In this document: piece by piece, positions 18,841 to 27,465 of the stretch
Position numbering within the stretch: the stretch's first letter is position 1
Layout: every line of letters begins with the position of its first letter
Assembly (NCBI GenBank): GCA_029262375.1
Contig: JAJCZM010000008.1
Coordinates: 129,291-193,290 of the forward strand
Direction: 5' to 3'
Length of the DNA: 64,000 nt
DNA from: Deltaproteobacteria bacterium
GTDB taxonomy: Bacteria; Desulfobacterota; Binatia; UBA1149; SPBQ01
Program-made: the position numbers and the translations under genes
Notes under the pieces: model-generated
What the model was told of the DNA's origin: nothing
The model's input: the letters and a program-made list of their open reading frames with translations, nothing else
The model's database searches: none

Positions 18841-20076
18841 ATGGATCGCTATCTCGTCATTTCATCCGACTGCCACGCCGGCCTACCGCCCGAACGCTAT
18901 CGAGAGTATCTCGACCCGCAGTATCGCGAGACCTTCGATCTCGCGCTGCCGGTGCAGGAAGAGATGACCAAGCTGATGGAGAAGCAGTTCTTGGTCGGCG
19001 ACATCAATGAGGAGTGGCGCCAAGGTCGCGAGCACATGCTTGAAGGCGCGTGGGATCACAGCCGACGCAACGAAGTGCTCGACGGCGACGGCGTCGCCGC
19101 TGAGGTCATCTTCCCCGACGGAATTACGGAACGAAATATGCCGCCGTTCGGTGCGGGCATTTCGCTGCCGACCGAAGGAATCGTCCCGGAACTCCAATGG
19201 GCCGGCGCGCGCGCCCACAACAGGTGGCTCGCGGAGTTCGTCGCGCTGGAACCGACGCGGCGTTTCGGTGTCGCCGTAGTACCCGCGCTCTGGGACATCG
19301 GCGAAGCCGTCAAGGAAGTGCATTGGGCCAAGGAGAACGGGCTCGGCGGCATCATGATCCCCGTCATGTGGGGCCGGCAATCGCCGTACCATCATCCGAA
19401 ATACTACCCCCTGTGGGAAACCTGCCAAGAACTGGGAATGGTCGTTCACTTTCACAGCGGCCCGGCGCCGACGGAAGATTACTTCGGCCCTGCACCCGAG
19501 ATCGGCAAAGAACGCGATCACCCGGCAATGCCCGGCGCGATGGGCATTTACATATCGGAAGTCGCGTGGTGGAACGTTCGCCCGCTGACGTTCCTGATCT
19601 GGGGCGGTATCTTCGAGCGCTACCCCGCACTCAAGGTTTCGATCACGGAAGGCACGACCATCTGGGTCCCCGAGTACTTGCAGCTACTCGACCAGCGCTA
19701 CGCCGAGACGCACTATTCGGCCAAGCTGGGCGACTACCGCAGCCATCTTTCGATGAAGCCCAGTGAATACTTCGCTCGCAACATCGCGTTGGGCGCTTCC
19801 TGCATGCCGCGTCGCGAGACCGAGATGCGTCACGATATCGGCATGAACAACATCATGTGGGGAAGCGACTACCCGCACCCCGAAGGATCGTGGCCGTTTA
19901 CGCGCGAGCAGGTGACGGAATCGTTCATCGGCCTTCCGGAAGACGAGATCACCGCCATGCTCGGCGGCAACGCAATCAGGTTCTACGGCTTCGACGAAGC
20001 GAAACTGCGGCCGATCGCCGATCGCGTGGGACCAACGAAGCAGTCGCTGCGCGGCCCCAACGCGGCGTCGGAATAG
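18841..20076 (+). CDS. Amidohydrolase-2 (ACMSD-like metal-dependent hydrolase) family protein
   Basis: Motifs: VISSDCHAG near the N-terminus, VHFHSG and NIMWGSDYPHPEGSWP, typical of PF04909-type amidohydrolases. Confidence 0.8.
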   Translation: MDRYLVISSDCHAGLPPERYREYLDPQYRETFDLALPVQEEMTKLMEKQFLVGDINEEWRQGREHMLEGAWDHSRRNEVLDGDGVAAEVIFPDGITERNMPPFGAGISLPTEGIVPELQWAGARAHNRWLAEFVALEPTRRFGVAVVPALWDIGEAVKEVHWAKENGLGGIMIPVMWGRQSPYHHPKYYPLWETCQELGMVVHFHSGPAPTEDYFGPAPEIGKERDHPAMPGAMGIYISEVAWWNVRPLTFLIWGGIFERYPALKVSITEGTTIWVPEYLQLLDQRYAETHYSAKLGDYRSHLSMKPSEYFARNIALGASCMPRRETEMRHDIGMNNIMWGSDYPHPEGSWPFTREQVTESFIGLPEDEITAMLGGNAIRFYGFDEAKLRPIADRVGPTKQSLRGPNAASE

Positions 20077-20083
20077 ACGTCGC

Positions 20084-20779
20084 TCAATCGTTACTACTGA
20101 AGTGAAAGACGACCGATCCCGCGGTGTAGATCACGGGATAAAATAGCGATGCCCACGCCAGCGCCGCCGACGGCTCGGGAAGCTGCGCGATCAGCACCAT
20201 TCCCATGACTGCCCAGACCAAGCCAAGCAGCACGATCGCCATGCGACCTCGCTCCATGCGCGACGGGTAGAGCCATCGCATCGGAACGAAAACCAGGACC
20301 ACGGCCGTCAGCATCGCGATCAGGTTGGTCATAGGAGTCGTTCCCAGCATCACCATATAAAAGGCAACGACGTTCCAGTACGACGGAAAGCCTTGGAAGT
20401 AATGGTCGATCATTCCCTTGGCGTCGGTACGGCTGAAGCCGTATGCGCTCGCGATCAAGACACCCAACGCAGTCCATTCCAGGCCTGCGGGCAGGATCCC
20501 CGGCCGCATGAACACGGCAACCGGTACCACCACGTAGGTCAGGTAGTCGATGATGTTGTCCAGCAGCGTGCCGTCGATCCAAGGAATGACTTGCTTGACG
20601 CGCGCTAGCCGCGCCAGTGCGCCGTCGCTCGCATCGATCGCTAAGGCTAGCGAAAGCAAAATGAAAGTACGTTGATCGTCGCCGGCGAACGCGGCTTGCA
20701 AAGCAAGAAATCCTACCGCCGCGCCCGACGCCGTATAAGCATGAACGGCCCAAGCCATTGCCGTTCTTCCCAGCGACAT
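20084..20779 (-). CDS. pcs: CDP-alcohol phosphatidyltransferase, phosphatidylcholine synthase-like
   Basis: DASDGALARLARVKQVIPWIDGTLLDNIIDYLTYVVVP gives DxxDGxxAR-x12-GxxxDxxxD, the same spacing as rhizobial Pcs as I recall it (DGIDGPIARK...GDTLDNVIDYVTYVLLP). HYFQGFPSYWNVVAF parallels Pcs YFFSGFPVVWNMVVF. The protein is about 230 aa with multiple TM helices. Confidence 0.65.
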   Translation of the reverse strand: MSLGRTAMAWAVHAYTASGAAVGFLALQAAFAGDDQRTFILLSLALAIDASDGALARLARVKQVIPWIDGTLLDNIIDYLTYVVVPVAVFMRPGILPAGLEWTALGVLIASAYGFSRTDAKGMIDHYFQGFPSYWNVVAFYMVMLGTTPMTNLIAMLTAVVLVFVPMRWLYPSRMERGRMAIVLLGLVWAVMGMVLIAQLPEPSAALAWASLFYPVIYTAGSVVFHFSSND

Positions 20780-20794
20780 GCTGCCCCTATAGCC

Positions 20795-21658
20795 CTATGC
20801 CTTGCACTCGGCAACAAGGAGATCGGCGATGTCGTCCGGCCTTTCCATCGGCAGAAAGTGTGTCGCGTTTTCGAACTCGAGATAGCGGCCGAAAGACAAC
20901 GCGTCGAACGTCATTTTCTTCACCGCATCCCGAAACACATCGGTGCCGTCCGGGATCGCGAGCAGAACGGGTATCTGCAAGCGATCGAACTCCGCCACAG
21001 GATCGATACCGGTCGCAGCCTCGTACAGCTTCGCCTCGATGCGCCCTGGGCACAGAAGCTCGATCGCGCCATCGGGGCGTTCAAACGTGCCGAAGTCGGC
21101 ATAGACCTGCAGCGCCTCGTCCGTCCAGCTGTCGTAGGGACGACGTGTCCGGTAGGCGTCGAACAGTTGCTCGCGTGAGTCGTACACCAACCGACGCGTG
21201 CGCGTGCGCTTGGCCATCGATGAGTTGTTTTTCGCCCGCTCGCGAGAACCCGGAAGCGAACCGATCAAAATAGGATCTATCAGGATGAGGCGCCGGAAAC
21301 GCCCCGGTCGACGCGCCGCTGCGAGCGCAACAAAGGTCGCGCCGGCCGAATGGCCGACGCCAACTGCGTCGTGCAGATCGAGTTCGTCTAGCAGTGCTAC
21401 CGCGTCGTTGGCGATCTCGTCCCAGTCGTAGCCTTCGTCATGCTTGGAGCTCATCCCCTGTCCGCGCTGGTCGAAGGTGATGATCCGACCCGAATATCCG
21501 CGCGCGCGCAGTCGGTCGATCGTCGGCTTCCAGATCTTGCCGAAGAAGCCCGTCGGATGGCCGAAGAAGATGGTGTCGCCCTCGCCGCCCCAGTCGGTTA
21601 CGGCGATATCGACACCATTTAGCTTGGTACGACTGTCGATCGGTTCGAATTTCACCAC
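20795..21658 (-). CDS. Alpha/beta hydrolase
   Basis: HPTGFFG oxyanion region, nucleophile elbow VGVGHSAGA and a C-terminal ATHFLPMERPD. Lies immediately upstream of pcs on the same strand. Confidence 0.75.
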   Translation of the reverse strand: MVKFEPIDSRTKLNGVDIAVTDWGGEGDTIFFGHPTGFFGKIWKPTIDRLRARGYSGRIITFDQRGQGMSSKHDEGYDWDEIANDAVALLDELDLHDAVGVGHSAGATFVALAAARRPGRFRRLILIDPILIGSLPGSRERAKNNSSMAKRTRTRRLVYDSREQLFDAYRTRRPYDSWTDEALQVYADFGTFERPDGAIELLCPGRIEAKLYEAATGIDPVAEFDRLQIPVLLAIPDGTDVFRDAVKKMTFDALSFGRYLEFENATHFLPMERPDDIADLLVAECKA

Positions 21659-21795
21659 AACACGGTTGATTCCTCGCGCACGTGTGACAACAGTAAAATC
21701 AACGTGCGTCGTGAGAGCGCGTTCGCGGGGACGAACGCGACCGCTTTCTTCCTCGAATCGTTAGCGGGTTCAAACGACGCGACGGCGGCAGCGCC

Positions 21796-22350
21796 ATGCA
21801 CAGTGCCAGTTCTTCGAGACCATTGATCTCGGTCTACGGAAGCTCGATGAGCACTCCGGACGACCCCGACTACGCGGCAGCGCTGCGTATTGGTGAACTC
21901 ATTGCTCGCGGCGGTGGTAACGTCGCGACCGGGGGATACGGCGGCGTCATGGAAGCCGCCTCACGTGGCGCAGTCGAGAACGGCGGACGTGCCATCGGCA
22001 TCACCGTCCAGGGCTGGACGATGCGCGAACCCAACCCGTACTTGAGCGAGAATCGGCCGAGCGCCGATCTCTACGATCGGCTGCGCAGCCTCATTGAAGG
22101 CAGCAACGCGTTCGTCACACTCGGTGGCGGTATCGGCACCCTCGCCGAACTCGCGCTGGCCTGGAATCACCTCTACATGAAACTGATCCTCGCCCGGCCG
22201 CTGATCGTCGTCGGCAAGGGCTGGAAGCAAGCGATCGACGACATGAGCAATCTGCTCGAGATCTCGAGCGCCCATCTCGCTCTGGTCGAGTTCTGCGACG
22301 ATGTAGACGCGGCTGTGGACAGCCTACGAGAGAAAGGAATCCTCAGTTGA
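21796..22350 (+). CDS. LOG / TIGR00730 family protein (nucleotide 5'-monophosphate nucleosidase-like)
   Basis: Motifs: ATGGYGGVMEAASRGA and LGGGIGTLAELALAW (the PGGxGTxxE-type motif). Confidence 0.75.
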   Translation: MHSASSSRPLISVYGSSMSTPDDPDYAAALRIGELIARGGGNVATGGYGGVMEAASRGAVENGGRAIGITVQGWTMREPNPYLSENRPSADLYDRLRSLIEGSNAFVTLGGGIGTLAELALAWNHLYMKLILARPLIVVGKGWKQAIDDMSNLLEISSAHLALVEFCDDVDAAVDSLREKGILS

Positions 22351-23129
22351 GCAAGGCCGACGAGCTGTTCGGGCTCGGCGGTAAAGTCGCCGTGGTCACC
22401 GGTGCCTCGTCCGGTCTCGGTATCGAATTCGCGCGCGTGTTCGCCGCGGCGGGAGCCAACGTGGCCTTGATGGCAAGACGCGAGGATCGCCTGCGTGAGA
22501 CCGCCGCGGCCATCGAGAAAGACTTCGGGGTCACGGCGCTTCCGGTCGCCGTAGACATTTGCGACCGCGCGGCATGCAAACAGGCGTTTGAGCAAGCCGA
22601 CAAATCGCTGGGCCGAATCGATATCCTCATGAACAACGCCGGCATCTCGCCGACCGGCCGAGCGGAGAAGCAATGGGAAGAAGGCTGGGACGCCACCCTG
22701 GAGCTCAACCTCACCGCGCTGTTTCAATGCTCGTTGCTGGCCGCCGAAGCGATGGATCGCGGTGGCCACGGCGGACGCATCATCAACATCGCATCGATCT
22801 TCGGCCATCAAGGAAGCTCTCTGTTTCGCGTGTCCTCGTACGCGGCAAGTAAAGGCGGCGTCGAGAACCTCACACGTCAACTCGCCGTCGAATGGGCTCC
22901 GCGCAATATTACCGTCAACGCCATCGCGCCGGCGTGGTTTCCCAGCGAGATGACCGGTGGCAGCCTGGACAAGGGCGATATCGTGCAGAAGATGGGAAGC
23001 GCGACGCCGCTCGGGCGTATGGGGCGTGCGGGCGAACTGGAGACAGCAGCGCTGTTTCTTGCCAGTCCTGCCTCGAGCTACGTGACGGGCGCCGTTATTC
23101 CTGTCGACGGCGGATACTCGGTCTGGTAG
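22347..23129 (+). CDS. SDR family oxidoreductase (classical short-chain dehydrogenase)
   Basis: TTG start overlapping the upstream stop. Motifs: GKVAVVTGASSGLG, NNAG, YAASKGG (YxxxK) and PVDGGY. Confidence 0.85.
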   Translation: MSKADELFGLGGKVAVVTGASSGLGIEFARVFAAAGANVALMARREDRLRETAAAIEKDFGVTALPVAVDICDRAACKQAFEQADKSLGRIDILMNNAGISPTGRAEKQWEEGWDATLELNLTALFQCSLLAAEAMDRGGHGGRIINIASIFGHQGSSLFRVSSYAASKGGVENLTRQLAVEWAPRNITVNAIAPAWFPSEMTGGSLDKGDIVQKMGSATPLGRMGRAGELETAALFLASPASSYVTGAVIPVDGGYSVW

Positions 23130-23156
23130 GCGGCCCGCTGCGAGCAGCGGACCGCC
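23129..23156. terminator. GC-rich hairpin between convergent genes (possible bidirectional terminator)
   Basis: GGCGGCCCGCTGC-GA-GCAGCGGACCGCC forms a ~13-bp stem with one mismatch. There is no clear U-tract. Confidence 0.3.
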
Positions 23157-23192
23157 CAGAATCCATCAACGATCCATCAAATATTCCGCACC

Positions 23193-24572
23193 TCAGAATA
23201 CGAAACCCGCGCCGACACGGATCTCGTCGGGCTGGTCGCCTGAGCGTGCATCCTGGTTGCGATAGTCGAGCTTGAGCACGACGTTCGGGATCGGCTTGTA
23301 GCTGATGCCCATCTCGTAAGCGTTGCGGTCCTTAGTTTGATCGGGCGCGAAACCGCTCGGCACATCGAACTGCGTATCGTACTTCGAGTACCGCACCCAC
23401 GGCGCGAGATACTGCTCGCTGTTGGGCAAAAGGAACGGCGCAACGTCGTAGGCCAACTCGACGTACCAACCCATCATGTTCTCGGCAATGGTCTCACCAG
23501 CGCCAACGCTCAACACGTCGGCGTCGTCGAGATCCGTATACACACCGAGCGCGCGCGCCTCGAAGCCGCGGTACTTCCACTGCGCGTGCGCTTCGTACAT
23601 CTGCATGAACGCATCCACGGTCGTCGTCGCTGTCGGGTTGCCGTCGATGTCGAATGCCGTTGGGATGTCTTGGTTCTGACCTTGATTGCCGACATAGACG
23701 GAACCGCCGAGATCGAGTCCGGCGATAGGTTCCCAATCCAGACGACCAACCCACGACCAATCGTTGGCCTTTTCTTGCGAGCCCTTCTGACGCCCACCGC
23801 GGATGTTGCCCGACGAGAAGTCGCCGGCGAGCAGGCTCGTGACGACGTATGTCTTGTAGCTCAGTGTCTCGGTGAGATTGCCGTAGATACCGGCGCCGTT
23901 CGCGCGCCAAGTCGATGGAATGATTTGCCGCTCGACGGCGGGGCGATCGTTGCCGTGGAAGAACGGGGGCTCGTGCAACTCGTTGATGAAACCGACCGGC
24001 ATCAACAGTAGGCCGGCTCTCAGGTTCACGAAATCGTTGATCAGGAAATCGAGATAGAGCTGCTCGAGCGAGACCTCGCCGTTGCCACCCGTCGAAGCGT
24101 GCTCGAACTCGATCTCGCTGTTGAGAACGATGCGGTCGTTGAACTTGTAGCCGAGGTACAAAACGAACCGCAGCAGGTCGAAGACGTCGTCCTGCCCCGC
24201 GTCGTCGTCAACGGTACTCTTGAGGTTGAACTCGCCATACCCGCCTATCGAAACCTGTTGCTGAGCGGCGCCGTAGACTTTCGATGCACCCGGTGCACCG
24301 TGTCCGCTCCCCCCGGTCGGCTCACCGCTCACGATGGGATCGGCGACGGCCGGCGCGGAGCGCGACTCTTTCAGCCGTCGCAGTTCCTCGGTCAGAATTT
24401 CGAGTTTGCGCTCGAGTTCATCGACACGCGCGTCTACTGCGGTCCCGATAGCCCCCGTGTCGGCAGCACATGCCGCGGGATTCGACATTTCCACGAGCGC
24501 CAGGAGCGCCAGGAACATTGCACCGGCGCCGGCAGACGCGGTGACTGCGAGTAAGTGTTTGAGTGGTTGCAT
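23193..24572 (-). CDS. Porin-like outer-membrane beta-barrel protein with N-terminal coiled coil (OprO/P-like architecture)
   Basis: ATG 24572 is preceded by GGAGG. Signal peptide MQPLKHLLAVTASAGAGAMFLALLAL...AACA. Coiled coil DELERKLEILTEELRRLKE. Alternating beta-strand pattern and a C-terminal ...VGAGFVF (terminal Phe). The ORF-track start at 24617 is an upstream extension. Confidence 0.6.
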   Translation of the reverse strand: MQPLKHLLAVTASAGAGAMFLALLALVEMSNPAACAADTGAIGTAVDARVDELERKLEILTEELRRLKESRSAPAVADPIVSGEPTGGSGHGAPGASKVYGAAQQQVSIGGYGEFNLKSTVDDDAGQDDVFDLLRFVLYLGYKFNDRIVLNSEIEFEHASTGGNGEVSLEQLYLDFLINDFVNLRAGLLLMPVGFINELHEPPFFHGNDRPAVERQIIPSTWRANGAGIYGNLTETLSYKTYVVTSLLAGDFSSGNIRGGRQKGSQEKANDWSWVGRLDWEPIAGLDLGGSVYVGNQGQNQDIPTAFDIDGNPTATTTVDAFMQMYEAHAQWKYRGFEARALGVYTDLDDADVLSVGAGETIAENMMGWYVELAYDVAPFLLPNSEQYLAPWVRYSKYDTQFDVPSGFAPDQTKDRNAYEMGISYKPIPNVVLKLDYRNQDARSGDQPDEIRVGAGFVF

Positions 24573-24580
24573 GACCAATC

Positions 24581-24625
24581 CTCCGTAATTGATTTTGAAA
24601 TTCATTATCAAAATCAATTACGGAG
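24581..24625. promoter_or_regulatory. Perfect 18-bp inverted repeat (9-nt spacer), AT-rich, overlapping the porin Shine-Dalgarno; contains a Fur-box-like core
   Basis: CTCCGTAATTGATTTTGA (24581-24598) and TCAAAATCAATTACGGAG (24608-24625) are exact reverse complements. GAAATTCATTATCAAAATC (24597-24615) matches GATAATGATAATCATTATC at 13/19. Confidence 0.5.
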
Positions 24626-24640
24626 TCAAACCGACTGGCC

Positions 24641-24670
24641 AAAAAAAACGCCCACCGATTTCGGTGAGCG
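24641..24670 (-). terminator. Rho-independent terminator downstream of mltA
   Basis: The minus strand reads GCTCACCGAAATCGGTGGGCG followed by TTTTTTTT (a 7-bp stem including one G-U pair, loop AAAT). It lies 29 nt after the mltA stop. Confidence 0.55.
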
Positions 24671-24698
24671 CTACTGAATGTTCTGTGCGGCAAGAGTT

Positions 24699-26012
24699 CT
24701 ACATGCCGGCTCCGGCCGAAGTGCCATGGCCGTCGACCACGTCGGCCCATGCCACGCGGGTGAAGGCTCGCCCTGCCTGATCGGCTCGCCGCGTTCGGTT
24801 TCGTGCCGGATTCACGCCGCACATCAGCACGACCATCTTGCCGCCCTGACTCATATAGCCGGCCTGAGCGCCGGCCTCTTCGCCCTCCCCCCAGTAGATG
24901 TCGGCACGCGCCGGTCCTTTGATCGCCGCTCCCGAATCGTGGCTGAAGGCGAAGCGAGAAAAATTCTCCCAACCGGTGAGCTGCCCGTTCTCGTCGGTTA
25001 CCGGCCGCTGCGAACGAATGTACATCAACGCGCCCGGCGGAATGTAGCGCGAGTCCGTGGCGATAGAACGACCGGCCACGAGAGGAACCCCAAGAGAACC
25101 GATCGGCCCTTCGTTCGCTGCGAGATCAACCTCGCGGAAGAAGATATAGCGCTTGTTCTTGAACATGATGTCGTCGCGCGAGGTCGGATTGCCCGCGAGG
25201 TAGTTGCGAATCGCACCCGAGGAACCGGATCGCAAGATGCCGTTGTCGAGCATGTAGCGACCGATGCTCGTGTAAGGAAGGCCGTTGCTTGCGGCATAGT
25301 TGACGCGCATCACGCCCTCATTCGTACTGAGGCGGCCCGACCCTTGGATATGTAGAAAGAACAGCGCGACCGGGTCGTCCACCCACGCAAGTTCGAGTCC
25401 GCGACCGTCAAGTCGACCGTTGCCATCGATTTGCTCGCGCGTGAGATAGGGCAGCAGCTTCCCGGAATCGACGGCACCATGAAGATGCCGCGAGTCTTCA
25501 GGGAAGAAATCGGCGAGGCGGACCAACGTCAGCTCATCAGGTTTCGCGTAAACGGGATATCGAAATCGTTCGGTCTTGCGCGTGCTCGCCGTGAGTACCG
25601 GCTCGTAGTACGCCGTGAAGCGCGGCGTACTCATTGGCGTGTAGGCGCGACACTCACGCGCGATACGGCGGCCTACCTGCTCGGCCGGCGTTTCTTCCAT
25701 GATGCGCATGAAGGCATCAATCGATGCCTGGATCTGTTGCCGGGAGAAGTGGTCGCGTCCGAGCGCGAACTCCCGTCCGTCGCCGGCGCGGCGGAAATAG
25801 TCGCGGCTCATGTCGGCTGCCTGCTTCAGACCGCCGAAATCGAGGTCGTCCGCGTACATGATTCGCGGCGTCGCAATCGGGCGCAGCCGCGCGCGCTCGG
25901 GCACGTCGACTCGAATACGGACGCCGTAACATCCAGGTACCAACAAGAGCAGCGCCATGGCGGCGACGCCCCTAATCCACAACCTCGTCATCCCCACAAC
26001 ATCAAAGCCCAC
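24699..26012 (-). CDS. mltA: Membrane-bound lytic murein transglycosylase A
   Basis: Lipobox LLLVPGC. Motifs: FTAYYEPVL...RYPVYAKPDEL, LHIQGSGRL and a C-terminal 3D-domain-like IKGPARADIYWGEG. Confidence 0.8.
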   Translation of the reverse strand: MGFDVVGMTRLWIRGVAAMALLLLVPGCYGVRIRVDVPERARLRPIATPRIMYADDLDFGGLKQAADMSRDYFRRAGDGREFALGRDHFSRQQIQASIDAFMRIMEETPAEQVGRRIARECRAYTPMSTPRFTAYYEPVLTASTRKTERFRYPVYAKPDELTLVRLADFFPEDSRHLHGAVDSGKLLPYLTREQIDGNGRLDGRGLELAWVDDPVALFFLHIQGSGRLSTNEGVMRVNYAASNGLPYTSIGRYMLDNGILRSGSSGAIRNYLAGNPTSRDDIMFKNKRYIFFREVDLAANEGPIGSLGVPLVAGRSIATDSRYIPPGALMYIRSQRPVTDENGQLTGWENFSRFAFSHDSGAAIKGPARADIYWGEGEEAGAQAGYMSQGGKMVVLMCGVNPARNRTRRADQAGRAFTRVAWADVVDGHGTSAGAGM

Positions 26013-26157
26013 ACCACCAGAACGGGATTAGTAAGAGTGCCTAAGCGAGATCACAATTCGCCCAGCATGTTCATTCTGGGACACGCGACGAAGATGTCAA
26101 CGCACCTGACGAAGGTTTCGAAACTTTCCAGCCCGCCTTGCCCGACCACCGTTGCGT

Positions 26158-27321
26158 TCACGACCCTGCCCTTGACAGTTGGGCGTCTGCTTCGCGAACG
26201 GCAGCAACTCCATCGCCACCGAGTTCACACGCGAGTGCCAGCAGCAGCCGCCTAATGTTCTCCGGACGACTCGATTCGCCCATCAAACCGATCCGCCACA
26301 CATCGCCCGCTAGCGGACCGAGTCCCGCACCGATCTCGATACCGTGATCGAGCAGCAAACGTCGACGGATACCGGCTTCATCAACTCCGTCGGGCACGCT
26401 GACGCTGTTTAGCATCCAAAGGCGGTAGCCCGCGGCGGCGGCCGGCTCGATGCCGAGCACTGAAAGGCCGGCGATCAGCGCAAGGTGATGTCGCTCGTGA
26501 CGCGCAAATCGCTTCTCGAGACCTTCTTCGTGGACGAGCGCCAGCGCTTCAGCCAACGCGTAAATCATCGAGATGGGCGCAGTGTGGTGATAGACGCGCT
26601 CGCCACCGAAGTAGCTGCCTATCAACGACAGATCGAGATACCAGCTTCTCGGCTTGCTCTCGCGCGCACGGATCTTCTCGGCCGCACGCTCGCTCAGCGA
26701 AATCGGCGAGAGCCCGGGCGGACAGCTCAGACATTTCTGGGTACCGCTGTAACAGGCATCAATGCCCCAGGCATCGACCTCGACCGGACAACCGCCGAGC
26801 GAGGTCACCATGTCGACCATGAAAAGGGCATCGTGGCTACGAGCGAGCTCGCCGATGTCTTCGAGCGGCTGCCATGCACCGGTGGACGTCTCGGCATGCA
26901 CGACCGCCACCAATGACGGGTTGCGGCAAGACGCCAACGCTTCACTCACGGCTTCCGGGTGGATGATATCGCCCCAGTCCGCCATGACCTTCACAACCTG
27001 GGCACCGAGGCGCGTGGCGACGTCCGCCATGCGGGTCCCGAAGACGCCGTTAACACCGATAACAACCTCGTCGCCATCCTCAATAAGGTTGGCAAAACAG
27101 GCTTCCATGCCCGCGGAGCCCGTTCCGGAGATCGGCAGCGTCAGTTGGTTCTGGGTCTTGAAGAGTCGCTTGAGATCTTCCTGGACGCGGTCGAGGAGCG
27201 CCAGGAATTCGGGGTCCAGATGCCCGACCAGCGGCTGCCCCAATGCCGCCAAAACACGGGGGTGGACCATCGAAGGCCCGGGGCCGAGGAGAAGTCTTGC
27301 AGGCATGTTGGGGCCACTCAT
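26158..27321 (-). CDS. Class V aminotransferase (serine-pyruvate / alanine-glyoxylate aminotransferase-like)
   Basis: Motifs: LLLGPGPSMVHPRVLAAL, GTGSAGMEA and SGTQKCLSCPPGLSP (PLP lysine region). Start chosen at ATG 27321; ATG 27306 is also possible and the ORF-track start at 27483 is less likely. Confidence 0.8.
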   Translation of the reverse strand: MSGPNMPARLLLGPGPSMVHPRVLAALGQPLVGHLDPEFLALLDRVQEDLKRLFKTQNQLTLPISGTGSAGMEACFANLIEDGDEVVIGVNGVFGTRMADVATRLGAQVVKVMADWGDIIHPEAVSEALASCRNPSLVAVVHAETSTGAWQPLEDIGELARSHDALFMVDMVTSLGGCPVEVDAWGIDACYSGTQKCLSCPPGLSPISLSERAAEKIRARESKPRSWYLDLSLIGSYFGGERVYHHTAPISMIYALAEALALVHEEGLEKRFARHERHHLALIAGLSVLGIEPAAAAGYRLWMLNSVSVPDGVDEAGIRRRLLLDHGIEIGAGLGPLAGDVWRIGLMGESSRPENIRRLLLALACELGGDGVAAVREADAQLSRAGS

Positions 27322-27465
27322 TGCGCCGTCTGCATAGTGGGGCAGGACGCTTAATACAACACGCCGTTCCTGCTCATATGGTCGCACCGTGCCCAGCGCC
27401 TCGCACATTCTCGAACGCCCCGCCCTGCGCGGCTCCAGCGGCGCAGCTTCCCGCGTGATTATCTG

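Noticed and set aside
20094-20753. 219-aa minus-strand ORF overlapping pcs
   Set aside because: It is off-frame relative to the pcs-like ORF, which carries the CDP-alcohol phosphatidyltransferase motif. It is Arg/Gly-rich.
21718-21739. Inverted repeat CGCGTTCG-N6-CGAACGCG in the hydrolase/LOG divergent region
   Set aside because: It is a short GC-rich palindrome of a kind frequent by chance in this composition, with no second copy or supporting context. I noted it but did not call it a feature.
22173-22880. 235-aa minus-strand ORF
   Set aside because: It is antisense to the LOG 3' end and the SDR gene, both of which have clear family motifs.
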